32,256 bases of DNA, from contig NW_014577078.1 in the NCBI RefSeq assembly GCF_000485595.1, positions 1,177,578-1,209,833 on the forward strand, read 5' to 3'. The translations under genes were made by a program, and so were the position numbers. The notes below the pieces were generated by a model, which was not told the DNA's origin, did not search any database, and saw nothing but the letters and a program-made list of their open reading frames with translations. Shown here piece by piece: positions 20,982 to 32,256 of this stretch. Every line of letters begins with the position of its first letter. The stretch's first letter is position 1. This DNA is from Priapulus caudatus. Taxonomy: Eukaryota.

Positions 20982-21973
20982 TGAAGTATATGGTCGTGTT
21001 CTACTTGGATGTCTACTTGACAGTAAACTGTAATACTACTAAGTACTGTATTAGCTTGAGATGTGTTTAAAATACTTAACTTTTTATTCTAAAAATGCAG
21101 TACTGAATACGATCAGTCCACAACACATGGGCCACCATCGAGTTTAGAATTTACATATCCGGGTTCGTGTTAAATTTATTATATGATATACACACTCATG
21201 TTTGGTACAATTTCACAACCCGTGCTTCGAAAATATGTTGCGCCATAGATGCAGCTACTGTTGGAAAATCAATGCACAACACTCACAGCATGGAATAACG
21301 TTATTTCCGTATGAATACGGCACTCCGCGAGAGCTTCTGGTAATAAATTTTTTTTTTATTCGCTACCGCTTTTAGAAATATTCAAAGGTCAGCGCTGCAT
21401 GTGTGCCCCGACATGGACCAGTAAGGTGCAGCCGGCAATATAACAAATCTAACAGCCTACTCTGCAGAACGATGGCCACTCCGTTTCTATGGCAACGAGA
21501 CAGAAAACTAGCGTGCGTATTAGATATACCCGGCGAGACTGATGAGTCATAGGGCGACCACCAACCGTTATTCTCGTGTGAGAAACAGCATCTCAAAGTG
21601 TGCCGATGGAGGGTTGTAGATGAAATTAAGAAAATGATCAGAAGCATGAATAACTGGGCGATTGTAAACTCTGCACCGATGCTAATAATGTAACATGTGA
21701 GAGGCTGATAACACAGAAGCGGTGCTGACAGAATGAAAGCATCAGTGACAGATCACATAATTATGGTGACATTTGTTTCTAGTTTCATGTCACTCAATTG
21801 TTTATTTGTAAATTATTCATCTAAACTGTATTGTCGGCTTACATATGTGTGTACCTTCAGGAGTGAATATATCAAAGTTGTGTTTTTATTCACCCCACCC
21901 CAACAGTTTGTATTATTATGTAGTAATCGTTGTAAAGTAGATGTATGCGTGTATTCATTTAGTTACATTGTAG

Positions 21974-22739
21974 CAGGAGTAGATAATAGGGAAGGAGTGT
22001 GACATCAATAAACAAGGGAGATTCGTCATTTACTAGCCTTATAATACCTACGATTTACTACTCGTAACTCATCCAACTTGAGCTCAAATCGTAGACAGTA
22101 AATTCGCCTAGTATCGTGCGAAATCGTTTCCTCGTATACACAAGCAATCCGGAGATACAGACTAAAACGTACGACATGATTATCCATTCTTTGGCCATCA
22201 ATCCAAAAGTATTCCCCGCCGAACTTGCAAACAAAAGGCAGCTACTAACGCACTGTCGCTCACTCGTCGAGGCGGTGTGGCTCGCAGGGAGATTGCGGTG
22301 GGCGTGCGTGCGTGGGGGGCATACCAACTGTATGCCGGTATGCAGGTATGCCGGTATGTAGCTGTGTGCCGGGTCAAAGGTTATCTCGCTGAGTGTTGCG
22401 TCGATGTCCAATCTCCCAGCGAGCCACACCGCCTCGCCGAGTGAGCGACAGTGCGTTAGTAGCTGCCTTTTGTTTGCAAGTTCGGCGGGGAATACTTTTG
22501 GATTGATGGCCAAAGAATGGATAATCGTGTCGTACGTTTTAGTCTGTATCTCCGGATTGCTGGTGTATACGAGGAAACGATTTCGCACGATGCTAGGCGA
22601 ATGTACTGTGTACGATATGAGCTCAAGTTGGATGAGTTACGCGTAGTAAATCGTAGGTATATAATAGGTTATAAGGCTAGTAAATGACGAATTTCCCTTG
22701 TTTATTGATGTCACACTCCTTCCCTATTATCTACTCCTG
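21974..22739. mobile_element. Foldback element (CAGGAG family), arms 322/331 bp, spacer 113 bp
   Basis: 21974-22295 is the near-perfect inverted repeat of 22409-22739, with 7-bp TSD ATTGTAG at 21967-21973 and 22740-22746. Confidence 0.93.
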
Positions 22740-22994
22740 ATTGTAGCTATCAGTACTCACTATAGTAAGAACTATAACGCTACCACATAGGAAACGAGTG
22801 ACTAACGCTTATTCGTGTACCTAATATGAGATTTTAAGAAATAAAGAAATAAAGGAATTAACCTTAGCCACTCTTTCTCTACAATGACACAGTTTATATT
22901 GGAAAGAAATAGCCAGCGGGCTATTGCCCGTAAGCAAAACAAACCGGGGCATCATCCCACCCCTCAATGTCTACTCGCGCGTACTAGTGCTGAT

Positions 22995-23260
22995 AGGGTC
23001 TATGTCCCCCAGGGTACTGCCGGAACGTACCCTGGTACTAAAAACTACTATCTAATATGCTGGACCGTACCTCGCCTATACTCCGCTAACGAGTCTACCT
23101 CGCCTACGCCTACTCCCTAACCCTAGCCATAACCCTAACTCTAACCCTAACCCTAACACCAACCCTAACCATATTAGCTAGATAGTTACCATGGTACGTT
23201 CCGGTATACCGGACCGTACCCAGGGTACGTTCCGGCAGTACCCTGGGGGACATAGACCCT
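22995..23260. mobile_element. TIR element with telomeric-repeat core, copy 2
   Basis: Perfect 41-bp TIRs identical to the left TIR of 8070-8375, and degenerate (CCCTAA)n at about 23115-23170. Confidence 0.87.
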
Positions 23261-23469
23261 ATCCGCCGTACTAGTAGTACTAGTAGTACAACAGGGAAAA
23301 CCCCCTCACACAACGGAAATTCACTGCCAATCGATAGCAAATATGACTCCGGAGGCGTTTCACTGCCGCACGAACCTACACAAGCGAAACAACCGCACTC
23401 AACCGAAGCCTCGCAGCAGAAAGAGCCGCGGGTAGGTGACTGACGAGTGGAGGTGTTCGGTATACTTAC

Positions 23470-23708
23470 ATCCTCGCTCGTTGTTCTTGTTCAGCTTATC
23501 CGTGCTCTCCATCAGCCGGGCCTGCTCTGCGTCCCTCATCGCACGCGTCCGTGCCTCCTCCCAGTACGCAGAACGACAGGCGTCTGCAGAACGACAGGCG
23601 TCTGCTGTATTGTCTATCTGGCGTTGTACACACACCACTTTACAGCGGTCACCAGCGTCGAGTGACCGTCTCGGTGCAGACGAGGCCAAAATTCTCCGAG
23701 TCTGAACA
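23470..23708 (-). CDS. Candidate distal alternative 5' coding exon of the MAGUK gene (...MRDAEQARLMESTDKLNKNNERG)
   Basis: Perfect |gtaagt donor in phase 1, matching the 7713 acceptor. GC-rich open frame with an in-frame 18-bp duplication, and acceptor acacccag| at 23709. Confidence 0.45.
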
Positions 23709-24896
23709 CTGGGTGTAAATATAGCGTCTACGTTTATCTAGTTCGGCAATGATATTCAATCGTAGGCGTCCGAAAATCGCTGTAATACAAAGCAAAGCCG
23801 TTGCTGTAACGGTGAACTCCAACCACATAAGTCATAGGCATTCACCGCAGAGACGCATGTACACTTGTTCGGAACGCTAGCTGGCCATTCATCCAATTCC
23901 ATCATTCAATTCCAATTCATGGGAATTAATTCAGTTCATCCAAGTCAGGGAATACTGCACATTTTCGGTCATCTTCACCGCGAGCTGGCTAGACGTGCCT
24001 GTCACACATATGCTGCGAAGACTGCAACTTGTTTTGCAATGATTCTCGCCCACGTAAATTGCAATTCACGTTTATTGTTTACGCAATCGACCACGTCTAA
24101 CACCAGCACTAGACAAAATGCCAAGACTATGAGCGAGTATGTCCACAAAATGAAAAGCCCAATAGATCTGCATGATTTAAGCCATGTGACGACGGTTCCC
24201 TATACAACCAGAAATCAATGGCTCGCGAGTTCACTAGCGTACGACACGATAAATGCCTTCCATCCAGCCACTCTGAATGAGTACTGCACGGTTATAGGCT
24301 ATGTTAATCAATCACAATCTTGGAAATACCTATAAAATTAATAGTTATACCGATTTCTGATGAAAGCTTGGCGTTTTCATGACGAATTGCTAGAAAATTA
24401 CTGAACTTGCTCCACACGGAAGCTAGCCAGCATTTTAAACGAAATGGCACTTGGCTCTCATTTCTGATCGAAAAGTCAAGCTGTACAAATGCATGCGTTC
24501 AAGAATACTTCTCCAGGGGCCATTGTAGATCTCATACATGTCTTTCACTTTCATGCCTCCCTAGTCACCGTAAGGCAATGCGACGATGATGGGGAATATC
24601 AACAAACGAAACGTCACGGAACATGAACAGGTAACATTAATGAAACCAAAAAAATGTCAGTGGAACAACATGATTACTGATGGATGGATGCGACTGATTA
24701 CTTATTTACACTGATGACGCCACCAGCAATGTTAACAATACTGGTGCTTGATGATGCTGATGATAACCAATGATGACGATGTGGCGATGTGGCGATGACA
24801 TTGATCCATAGACAATGATGTAATGCATTATAAATATAGGCCAGTGTAGCTGATAACCACGTAAGCATAGAAGCTTTCAACATATAATCATATAAT

Positions 24897-24943
24897 CAGG
24901 AGCGTCATAATATAGATTCTGTGTCTATATTATGACGCTCCTG
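24897..24943. mobile_element. 47-bp hairpin-only element with CAGGAG termini
   Basis: CAGGAGCGTCATAATATAGA-ttctgtg-TCTATATTATGACGCTCCTG, with flanks ATATAAT / CTATAAT (7-bp TSD, 1 mismatch). Confidence 0.75.
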
Positions 24944-25308
24944 CTATAATGACATATAGCTATTTAATTCGGGCATTTATGCATTTTACAACGTTGCAAC
25001 TTTTAACACATTATCTCCTTAACCACGTTAACTAGTATGAGGATTAGAAATTATCTTTTATACACTATAACCATGTATCTGTTTCTAACCAAAGTTTACT
25101 CCAGCTAAATAAATTGTATTACGATGCTTATTATGATGCATATAATACACGATATATATTCAGCTTATTATTGTTAAAATTGTGCCCAGTGACTAGTTCC
25201 AATCTAGACCTAATCTACAAAAAATTCACAATTTTTGATTATATCTAAAAAGCTGCATTGCTTGTCGGGATCTTTTAGTGTCAGCTGCTGCTAGTGTCAG
25301 CTGCTGCC

Positions 25309-25383
25309 AAAATGTTCAGAACAACACGCATATATAAGAAAAGCTGCATGCTTTTCTTATATGCGTGTTGTTCTGAACATTTT
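25309..25383. repeat. 75-bp near-perfect palindrome
   Basis: AAAATGTTCAGAACAACACGCATA(TA)TAAGAAAAGC-tgcat-GCTTTTCTTATATGCGTGTTGTTCTGAACATTTT. Confidence 0.9.
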
Positions 25384-27106
25384 AGAAATCGATCACGATA
25401 GTGACAAGAATCTGCAATTTTGAATTATATAGAGTACATATTATGCTATAAACACATAAAGGAATACATACACACATAAAGGAATACAGCGCAGAGACGT
25501 AATATAGAAATAAATCATGCAAATGATACCTCTCGCAATCGTGAAATTGCAGTGGCGATTCAGTGTTAAATGATGATGATGATAGGTAGTAATAACCCAC
25601 AGAAATATTAAAGAAACATTATGTGTCAGTATACCAACAGTTTAAGTATCCGCTATCTTGTTTCCAACGGATCTCTATAGCGGTCTAAAAAACATCTGAA
25701 CGACGAAGAGAACAGAAGCATCGCGGAAAGACAGTTTTAAAGTTTTACCAACCACTTCACCAGCTAGCACTGCGAGCCGCAATGACCTAGAAGTGTTAGA
25801 GCTGATCAGAAATGTGTGCACCACTGATTTCGATGGCACTCGAGAAACGAGTCATAGTTACAGGGCATGCAGCCGAACGGCCTCTTCAGACCATCTTGCC
25901 AATACTAACATAGTCATTGCCGATAACCACGAGCCTGTGGGATGGTAAGACACTAAGTGCTCAAGGAAATAGCGGATGTCCCAACGAATAATACATTGCG
26001 TGAATATGCATGTACAGGTTCTACGTCTACCTATATACTCCAGTTTTACCGGCTATCCGCGGCTGCGTGTCCTTTTACTATTGATACCAACTTCGCATCA
26101 GTGAAGAAAAGCTCAAGAACTGTCATCTTTTGTCTGTAAACGTTTCTTCCCGATGTCGATTTGAAACAATTATTACACACAGTCAAAAACTCGAGCTGTA
26201 TGATATTCGTCGGATTACCGTTCATGTTAATGAAATTAATGAAATTCGTTCATATAAGTAATCTGGGATGGAAACCTCGTTGTAGGATTGTCTATGTAGC
26301 AGTGACTGAAACGACATTGTGCGCAGGTAATGACACCCGTCTGTGGCGTCAAATCAGCTTAAATGCGTGTGAAACGCAAGACGTAAAACTACTTTACACA
26401 ATAACAGTTATAGTAATAGGTGATATTATGTCACAATAATAGCTGATATTTTGGAACATCGGCGGCACAATACAGAAACCTACCGCCTTAAATTCATTAC
26501 ACAACTAAGCTCCCTTAGAAAATCATTATATGTCTCCGTATCACGCTATTTCGGAGGCATGAAAACGTCGAAAGTTGCAGAATAAAGTAGACTAGTAGAC
26601 GAAAGTGCAATAAACAAGTATCAAGGGAAATCTAATTCAGTTACAGCCGAATATAGATTTTCACGTGTAATAAATCGTCGCACGTCAATAAGAAACCTTG
26701 CGTGCTTTTACTGGCCGACAGTGTTTGTTTTTTAAAGGAAGCACAAGCAGCACAAGTGGCATGGAGAGGTAGAACATTTTTCAAAGGTAAATAACCTAAC
26801 TTAAAACCCTTCGTCATCGATCTTTATTATTGAGTCACTTTTAAGAAACGATGAAACACGTAATATGGAGAAAAAATGTCAAGTTACACAGTTTTTTACT
26901 GTCATAAACCCTACGAAAAATCAAACGCTACAGCAAAACACATTTGTGATAAGCGTAGAAAAATGAAATCTGACACGCAATTACCTAGCAGCCACTAAGA
27001 GATACTGATGTTGATACAATCTGTAGGAATTGAATACTGATACTATCAATCAACTTGTAAAGCGAGGAAACTGTACAAGCACGTATGTCTAATTCAGGAG
27101 GCTTAC

Positions 27107-27180
27107 CTCCAGAATGTGGCAAACCTTTTCCGCCGAGAAGTGGTTGTATATGCGTAATGCGATTCCAAAGAGTTTCTCAT
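27107..27180 (-). CDS. Candidate most distal first exon (MRNSLESHYAYTTTSRRKRFATFW), or a 5' UTR exon
   Basis: Strong gag|gtaagc donor. Phase 2 from ATG 27180 is in frame with exon 23470-23708, and a purine-rich leader lies upstream. Confidence 0.3.
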
Positions 27181-27599
27181 GAGTTCAAGAGGACTACTGC
27201 ATAACACCTCTCACCGTGCGTCTCTCTCGCCCTCCCTCCCCCTCTGTCTTCCTTCCCTCTCCAATGCTTGCTGAGAATACCCTCCCCATCTTCAGCTAGC
27301 CCGTATAACGACCCCCACGATTTTGTTAATTTCGCCCATAATCTGACTCACCCTCCTGCATGTGCGTTAGGCCCGCTGCCTTCCTGCTCGCTTGCAACAC
27401 CACCGCCCACCCTCTGCACACTGTAACTAACGATGCTCAAGTCACGTCAAGTGTGCTTCAGTCGGCAAACTGCAGGACGTGCTGCACGACTGTCGCTGCT
27501 GCCACTGCATCTGGGCACGTACGCGATGCCACCACCACCCATGACCGTTACAAGTAACACCCACGACCCGATGATTAACCGATTTTTAATCTTGGTAGT

Positions 27600-27680
27600 A
27601 ATGACCCTCCATTACGCTGCCCAGCGCATGCATATTATGAATAATTGAGTGGCGGAGCCAATGTGAGCGTGGTATTCGCA
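27600..27680 (-). promoter_or_regulatory. Possible distal promoter
   Basis: GCGCATGC (NRF1-like), GGCGGAG (GC box-like) and CCAAT clustered upstream of a GC-rich leader ending in the donor at 27106. Confidence 0.3.
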
Positions 27681-28086
27681 CCAAAGAGCTCGGAACTGTC
27701 TGACTGTACCATGGCTTCAGTCTAGCAGGCTACATATGATAATGGCGCTAACAGCTATATAATGATTCAATCAGCCCTGGGCGAAGGCGTGTACGGGGAG
27801 GGGTATGGCAGAAATCACTATTCAGATAATTGATTCGTGCGCCCTACATGCAGTGAGAGTAACATGCGAGCGGCTATACCACGTCTACTGTCGACTTGGT
27901 GGTGTCATGCCGCCACGCCGAGTGATACCATGTAACAGTATACATAATAAATGTCTGTAGCCATGTAGCTTATGGATTGATGCCATGTTGTCGCTGAACT
28001 AACGACGGGTCATAATTGCTGTCTCGTATTGGACAAAGCAGAGAAATCGGTTGTTGATGCTGAAATGGCAATTCCTTTGTGACAAT

Positions 28087-28088
<2 letters not shown>

Positions 28089-28128
<40 letters not shown>
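28089..28128 (+). repeat. (TC)n microsatellite
   Basis: Direct reading. Confidence 0.95.
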
Positions 28129-28131
<3 letters not shown>

Positions 28132-28694
28132 CAAAAGGGAGCTGTTTTAGTGTCAGTTAGTTTTAAGGGTGCCATATTTACGTAACCGCGACGTTTTTGC
28201 TTAGATCGAGCCGAAAAGTTTTTTAAAGTCGAGTTTTCAAGTGTTTTTCAGCTGTTTGCAGTCAGGAGACAACCTAACGCGCGTGTAAGTACAACTTGTC
28301 CTTACATGGTTAGCAGCAATGTCGTGGCCGAGTTCCCGAGCTATGATCGGCTTCTAACCCTTTTTGGATATTGATCCAGCTTTATATGCAGATATAAACC
28401 AGTCGTTGTTGAGTACAAGGGCCTCGCATCCGAGTATAAAAATTGTACACTAATTGGTTACTATATTTAACCTATTAGATACCTAACCTATATAACCTAA
28501 TTAGAAGCTAAATAGTAAAAGAAGAGTAAATTGCTCGGGTTACTCAAAGTGCCAGAAGAGGGACTTTTAGCATCAGTCAGTCTCGACTACAGCCTGGCAT
28601 TCCATTCAAATGCCCAGTTCTACACTCAGTTCTACACCCAGTTACTTTCACCATTTGATAGTAAGAGTAAGCAAGTTTTAGGGGGTAAAAGGGC

Positions 28695-28980
28695 TATAAT
28701 TTTACCGCGGTTAATTATGACCCTTTTTACCCAATCAGGGACCTTGTTACAAATAATTTAACGGTGGATAAATTATTTTCACTGCGGTAGAAATAATTTA
28801 ACCACGGTAAAACTATTGCCATTTTACCCAATCAAAGGGCTTAATTGTTACACATAATTTAACTGCGGATGAATAATTTTTATCGCGGTTAAATTATGTG
28901 GAACAAGGTCTCTGATTGGGTAAAAAAAAGCCATAATTTAACCGCGGTTACATTATTTCTACCGCGGTAAAAATAATTAT
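28695..28980. repeat. Array of palindromic AATTTAACCGCGGTTAAATT-like motifs with direct and inverted CCAAT-containing modules
   Basis: About 28700-28765 is the inverted homolog of about 28880-28950, and a third module copy lies at about 28795-28870. Confidence 0.75.
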
Positions 28981-29292
28981 TTTTGAGTACGATCGCCAAC
29001 CATAAACGTTTGGATAAGGTGCCCTGAAGCTGTCATATTTACCCTCACTGACCGGAGAAACCATAGTACTTCGCAGAGCATGACAATGTACACGTGATGT
29101 CCTCGAAGATAAACTCAGGCTTTCAATTGAAAATAAGTACAATATTGTGAAAGCACACACAAAAAACTCACCTGGCCCATGGGGGGAACTGCCCTACCCA
29201 TTGCCACCCAGTCCAGGATCCTCCCCCACTATAGTGCGACTGCTGCCACTGAGAGTCAGTACGTGATAGTACTATACTATATATGTGATATA

Positions 29293-29335
<43 letters not shown>

Positions 29336-30769
29336 ATGATATGATGATGATATATTGGGCGCGTGCTCCTACGCGTGCTAGGCCGGCTTACTCAAACCCA
29401 CCGACAGTCTGATGCTGAGTATTACATAAGGTAGAAGCGAGTAGTTCAGGCCATATTTTTTGCTCAGCAAGCTAGCAACTAGCAGCTAGCTGTAGCTGCA
29501 TGACATGCATCTCATAGGAGCTGACAATTGAGTTGTGATATTAAAGTATTGCCTTGCTACTGTTAGTAGAAGAAACATGTAGCGAAGCGCATATATATGA
29601 TATACATGAGTGCTAACCAGGGAATGGCTGTAATCAAATTGAATGGTACCCAGTGTATGTGAATGGTCATGGAACATGGAGGCAATCACACTGGTACCCG
29701 TACATACTATTCTGATAAATTACGTATCATATTAAATTGTAAATCTCATGAATACGCTATATTATATATGACTTAATCATCATTCTGTTTCTCATAATAT
29801 TGTTGTATTATATTTTATTTCTCGTGAGAGGTCCTCACAACAGCAACTCGTTTCCTAATTTAATCCATAAAATAATAAAACAAAAATAAAACAACTCATG
29901 ACACTCTAAGTTTAAAATTCGTTTAGTGCCTTTTCGCATGAGAGAAGGATAGCAAAGTATAGCATAAAAATTCAGCATATTTCATGCATACTTTGATCGC
30001 TACCGATGCAGCACAATATTGAGCTCACAACGTCTTCCTGACACTCACTGCAGGTTCGCATCACAGTGAAGATAAAACAAGTGCCGCAGAGCGACAGCGC
30101 TCAACTGACGTGTACTGTAGTCGGGTATTCTTCTGATAAACTCACTGGCAACCGAATCAAGTGCGCCCTCCCGTCACCGCGTTCGCGCTCAGAGCATATA
30201 TCTAGGATACTACTAATACAGATCTAAAATCTATGATAGGCCTTGCTAATTGCTATACCGGTAGTACAGTAATAAAGATACAGCTGTCAGGGCGTCAAGT
30301 GACAAGTGACGCTCAAAAAATAGGAAAATAGGAATTTCAGATGTGAAATGAAAGTGTCAATGACACTGTAGCTCACCACAAACAAGGACACAAATGAGTG
30401 AGTAAGAAGAAGTCAGTTTTAATTGAGCAACCATCGACGTACATTATAGAAACGATTGCCATCTGTATATCGCAATAATTTATAAACCAAAATAAATCAC
30501 AATTTGTGACCGTAGATGGCACTATACCCACTTTGTAGCGATGGCATTTGAAATAAATAGGTTATGCTGCGTTTCGACATGTTTTGTAAAACTTTACTCT
30601 AATATAGACGTTTTATCGGCAGGGTGGAGAGGAAATACCAATTTTGCATTAAAGATATTGTCAATGAAATCTTGTAAAACGAACCAGACAAGTGTGACAC
30701 CACACTGTTATCTGCGTGTCTATATAATATGCTATATAATGCCAAACCTATCTAATTTGCAATAATCGT

Positions 30770-31095
30770 AGGGTTTTTTGTAAATATCAAATCCCCTAGC
30801 CCTTATTCATTCACATACGCAAAAATGAGGCAAATCCGTTTTGAACCTGCTGACTAATGGCAATTCCGATTTTTGCCAAAAAATTGCTGTGGCTCGAAAG
30901 TATACGTCGGATACAAAATAGGACGTTTAATATGGGAGCATAGCAGTAACAACTATACCCAATTTCAAACATGTGGGTCAAACGGTTCCTGAGTTATTGT
31001 TGACCGTAGCGAAATGTTGACGAACAGACGGACGTACGACGGACGACGACCCATGGCAATAGCTCAGCTTGACGATGTCAAGGTGAGCTAAAAAT
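30770..31095 (-). mobile_element. HINE/DINE-1-like fragment nested in 30288-31970
   Basis: Degenerate (GACG)n tract followed by inverted repeat TAGCTCAGCTTGAC...GTCAAGGTGAGCTA and AAAA. The left boundary is approximate. Confidence 0.55.
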
Positions 31096-31349
31096 AGGAG
31101 GAAAATTTTGGTGAGAAAATACATGTTAAATAGGAATATTTGTTGCGTTAGATGGCCTCCCAACACCCCTACAGCCGTCCCGATCCACCACAAATGGTTT
31201 TATTAATATACATATTTGGAGTTACATCACATGCAAACAATATTTTGAGGTTTTAATAAGAAATGCATGTTAAAATTGATAAGCAGTTTATACATGCATA
31301 AGCACCCATACCTGTAGACTACTCCAAAATAGTATGACGTACATGTATA

Positions 31350-31665
31350 CATGGGCGGATCCGGCTTTTTGAAAAATAGGGCGTCCAGTAAGAAATAAAG
31401 GGCACTTTTATAAAAAGGTGCCAAAGGCAGCTTATGGGACGTGTCTAAGGCACGTTGCCACTTAGGGGGGGGGGTTAGGGGGAACTCCCCCAAGAAAATT
31501 TTTAAAAATTGGTGCATTCTGAGAGCATCTGAGCAGTAATTTTGATGTCTAGAATGCAAGATGAAATTCCAAATTTTAAGCAGAAAATGATCTTTTATGT
31601 GGTTTCCCTTTTTTGGGGTAAAAAAGGGGGGTCCGGACCCCCTGGAACCCTCTTCTGGATACACA
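31350..31665. mobile_element. Nested MITE-like fragment (GGCGGATCC...GGGGGTCCGGACCCC...CTGGAT termini)
   Basis: Weak TIR. Internal GGGGG...CCCCCAAGAAAATTTT...TGCATTCTGAG motif that recurs at 31745-31822. Confidence 0.4.
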
Positions 31666-32204
31666 TACCACATTCAACTGAGAAACAACTGTACTGAAAT
31701 AAAATTTGTGATAGTAAAGAGTATATTACGTTAATTAAAGTAAGGGGTGGGGGTCTGGGGGTCCTCCTCCAAGAAATCTTTGAAAATTGGGTCCCCTGAA
31801 ATGTAAATTCCTGCATTCTGAGAAGGATACACGTATACAATTCTGGATTCAGAAAAATAAAAAGCCCTCAAAAATAGGAAAAAATAGGAATTTGTCCAGA
31901 AAATGGGAGAAAATAGGAATTGCCCATAAAAATAGGAAAAACTAAGAAAAAATAGGAACTTGACGCCCTGAGCTGTGTATCTTTGTCGAGCGCGAGCGTA
32001 GTGGTGGTGGTGTGGGAGGGTGAGGGAGGGTGGGGGAGGGGGCAGGTGGAGTTGGCTCTAATAGCAAAAGCAGTTCAGCCCTTTGTTAACAGTCAACAAA
32101 TCCATGTCTAACCCTCCTCTTGAGGGTCAAAAGGTTATCAGACACTTACTCTTTGCACGTCAGCGGAAAGTACATTTCATGGTCCTTTCAATAAAGTGAT
32201 AAAA

Positions 32205-32256
32205 ATGATAGGTCAGCGCTGAAACAAAAAAGTTTTGCACTCGGTCCGTTAGACCA
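32205..32256. mobile_element. Fragment of the repeat family seen at 18044-18508, running off the window
   Basis: TAGGTCAGCGCTGAAACAAAAAAGTTTTG..GTCCGTTA shared with 18055-18097. Confidence 0.6.

Larger units (their letters stand above)
30288..31970. mobile_element. Non-autonomous hAT-like transposon with 6-bp TSD and nested insertions
   Basis: Perfect 13-bp TIR CAGGGCGTCAAGT / ACTTGACGCCCTG, subterminal AAAATAGGAA repeats at both ends, TSD AGCTGT at 30282-30287 and 31971-31976. Confidence 0.85.

Noticed and set aside
22058..22646. Pair of near-identical ORFs on opposite strands (MRNRFLVYTS...)
   Set aside because: A direct consequence of the palindromic arms, with GTG starts and no domain similarity.
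25620..26440. Possible decayed coding or retroelement sequence
   Set aside because: Only short ORFs with frequent stops, and no RT, endonuclease or other motif recognised.

Overview
Eukaryotic (invertebrate-animal-like) genomic DNA with one 10-N assembly gap at 18034-18043. The only gene I can support is a minus-strand p55-type MAGUK (MPP6/PALS2-MPP2 family; L27-L27-PDZ-SH3-HOOK-GK). I reconstructed nine phase-compatible GT-AG exons from 7713 down to 764; the rest of the GK domain appears to lie beyond the left edge. Two paralogous HOOK exons (2084-2146 and 1949-2014) look mutually exclusive. Candidate alternative 5' exons lie at about 9.2-9.9 kb, 23.5 kb and 27.1 kb, so most of the window may be intron. 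That space is filled with non-autonomous mobile DNA: Kolobok-like, hAT-like (6-bp TSD) and Harbinger-like MITEs, Helitrons carrying degenerate tRNA-Arg copies, and HINE-like fragments. It also holds a foldback family with long arms plus 39-47 bp hairpin-only derivatives that still carry TSDs, and a TIR element whose telomeric (TTAGGG)n core is inverted between its two copies. No transposase, CRISPR array or intact RNA gene is visible.
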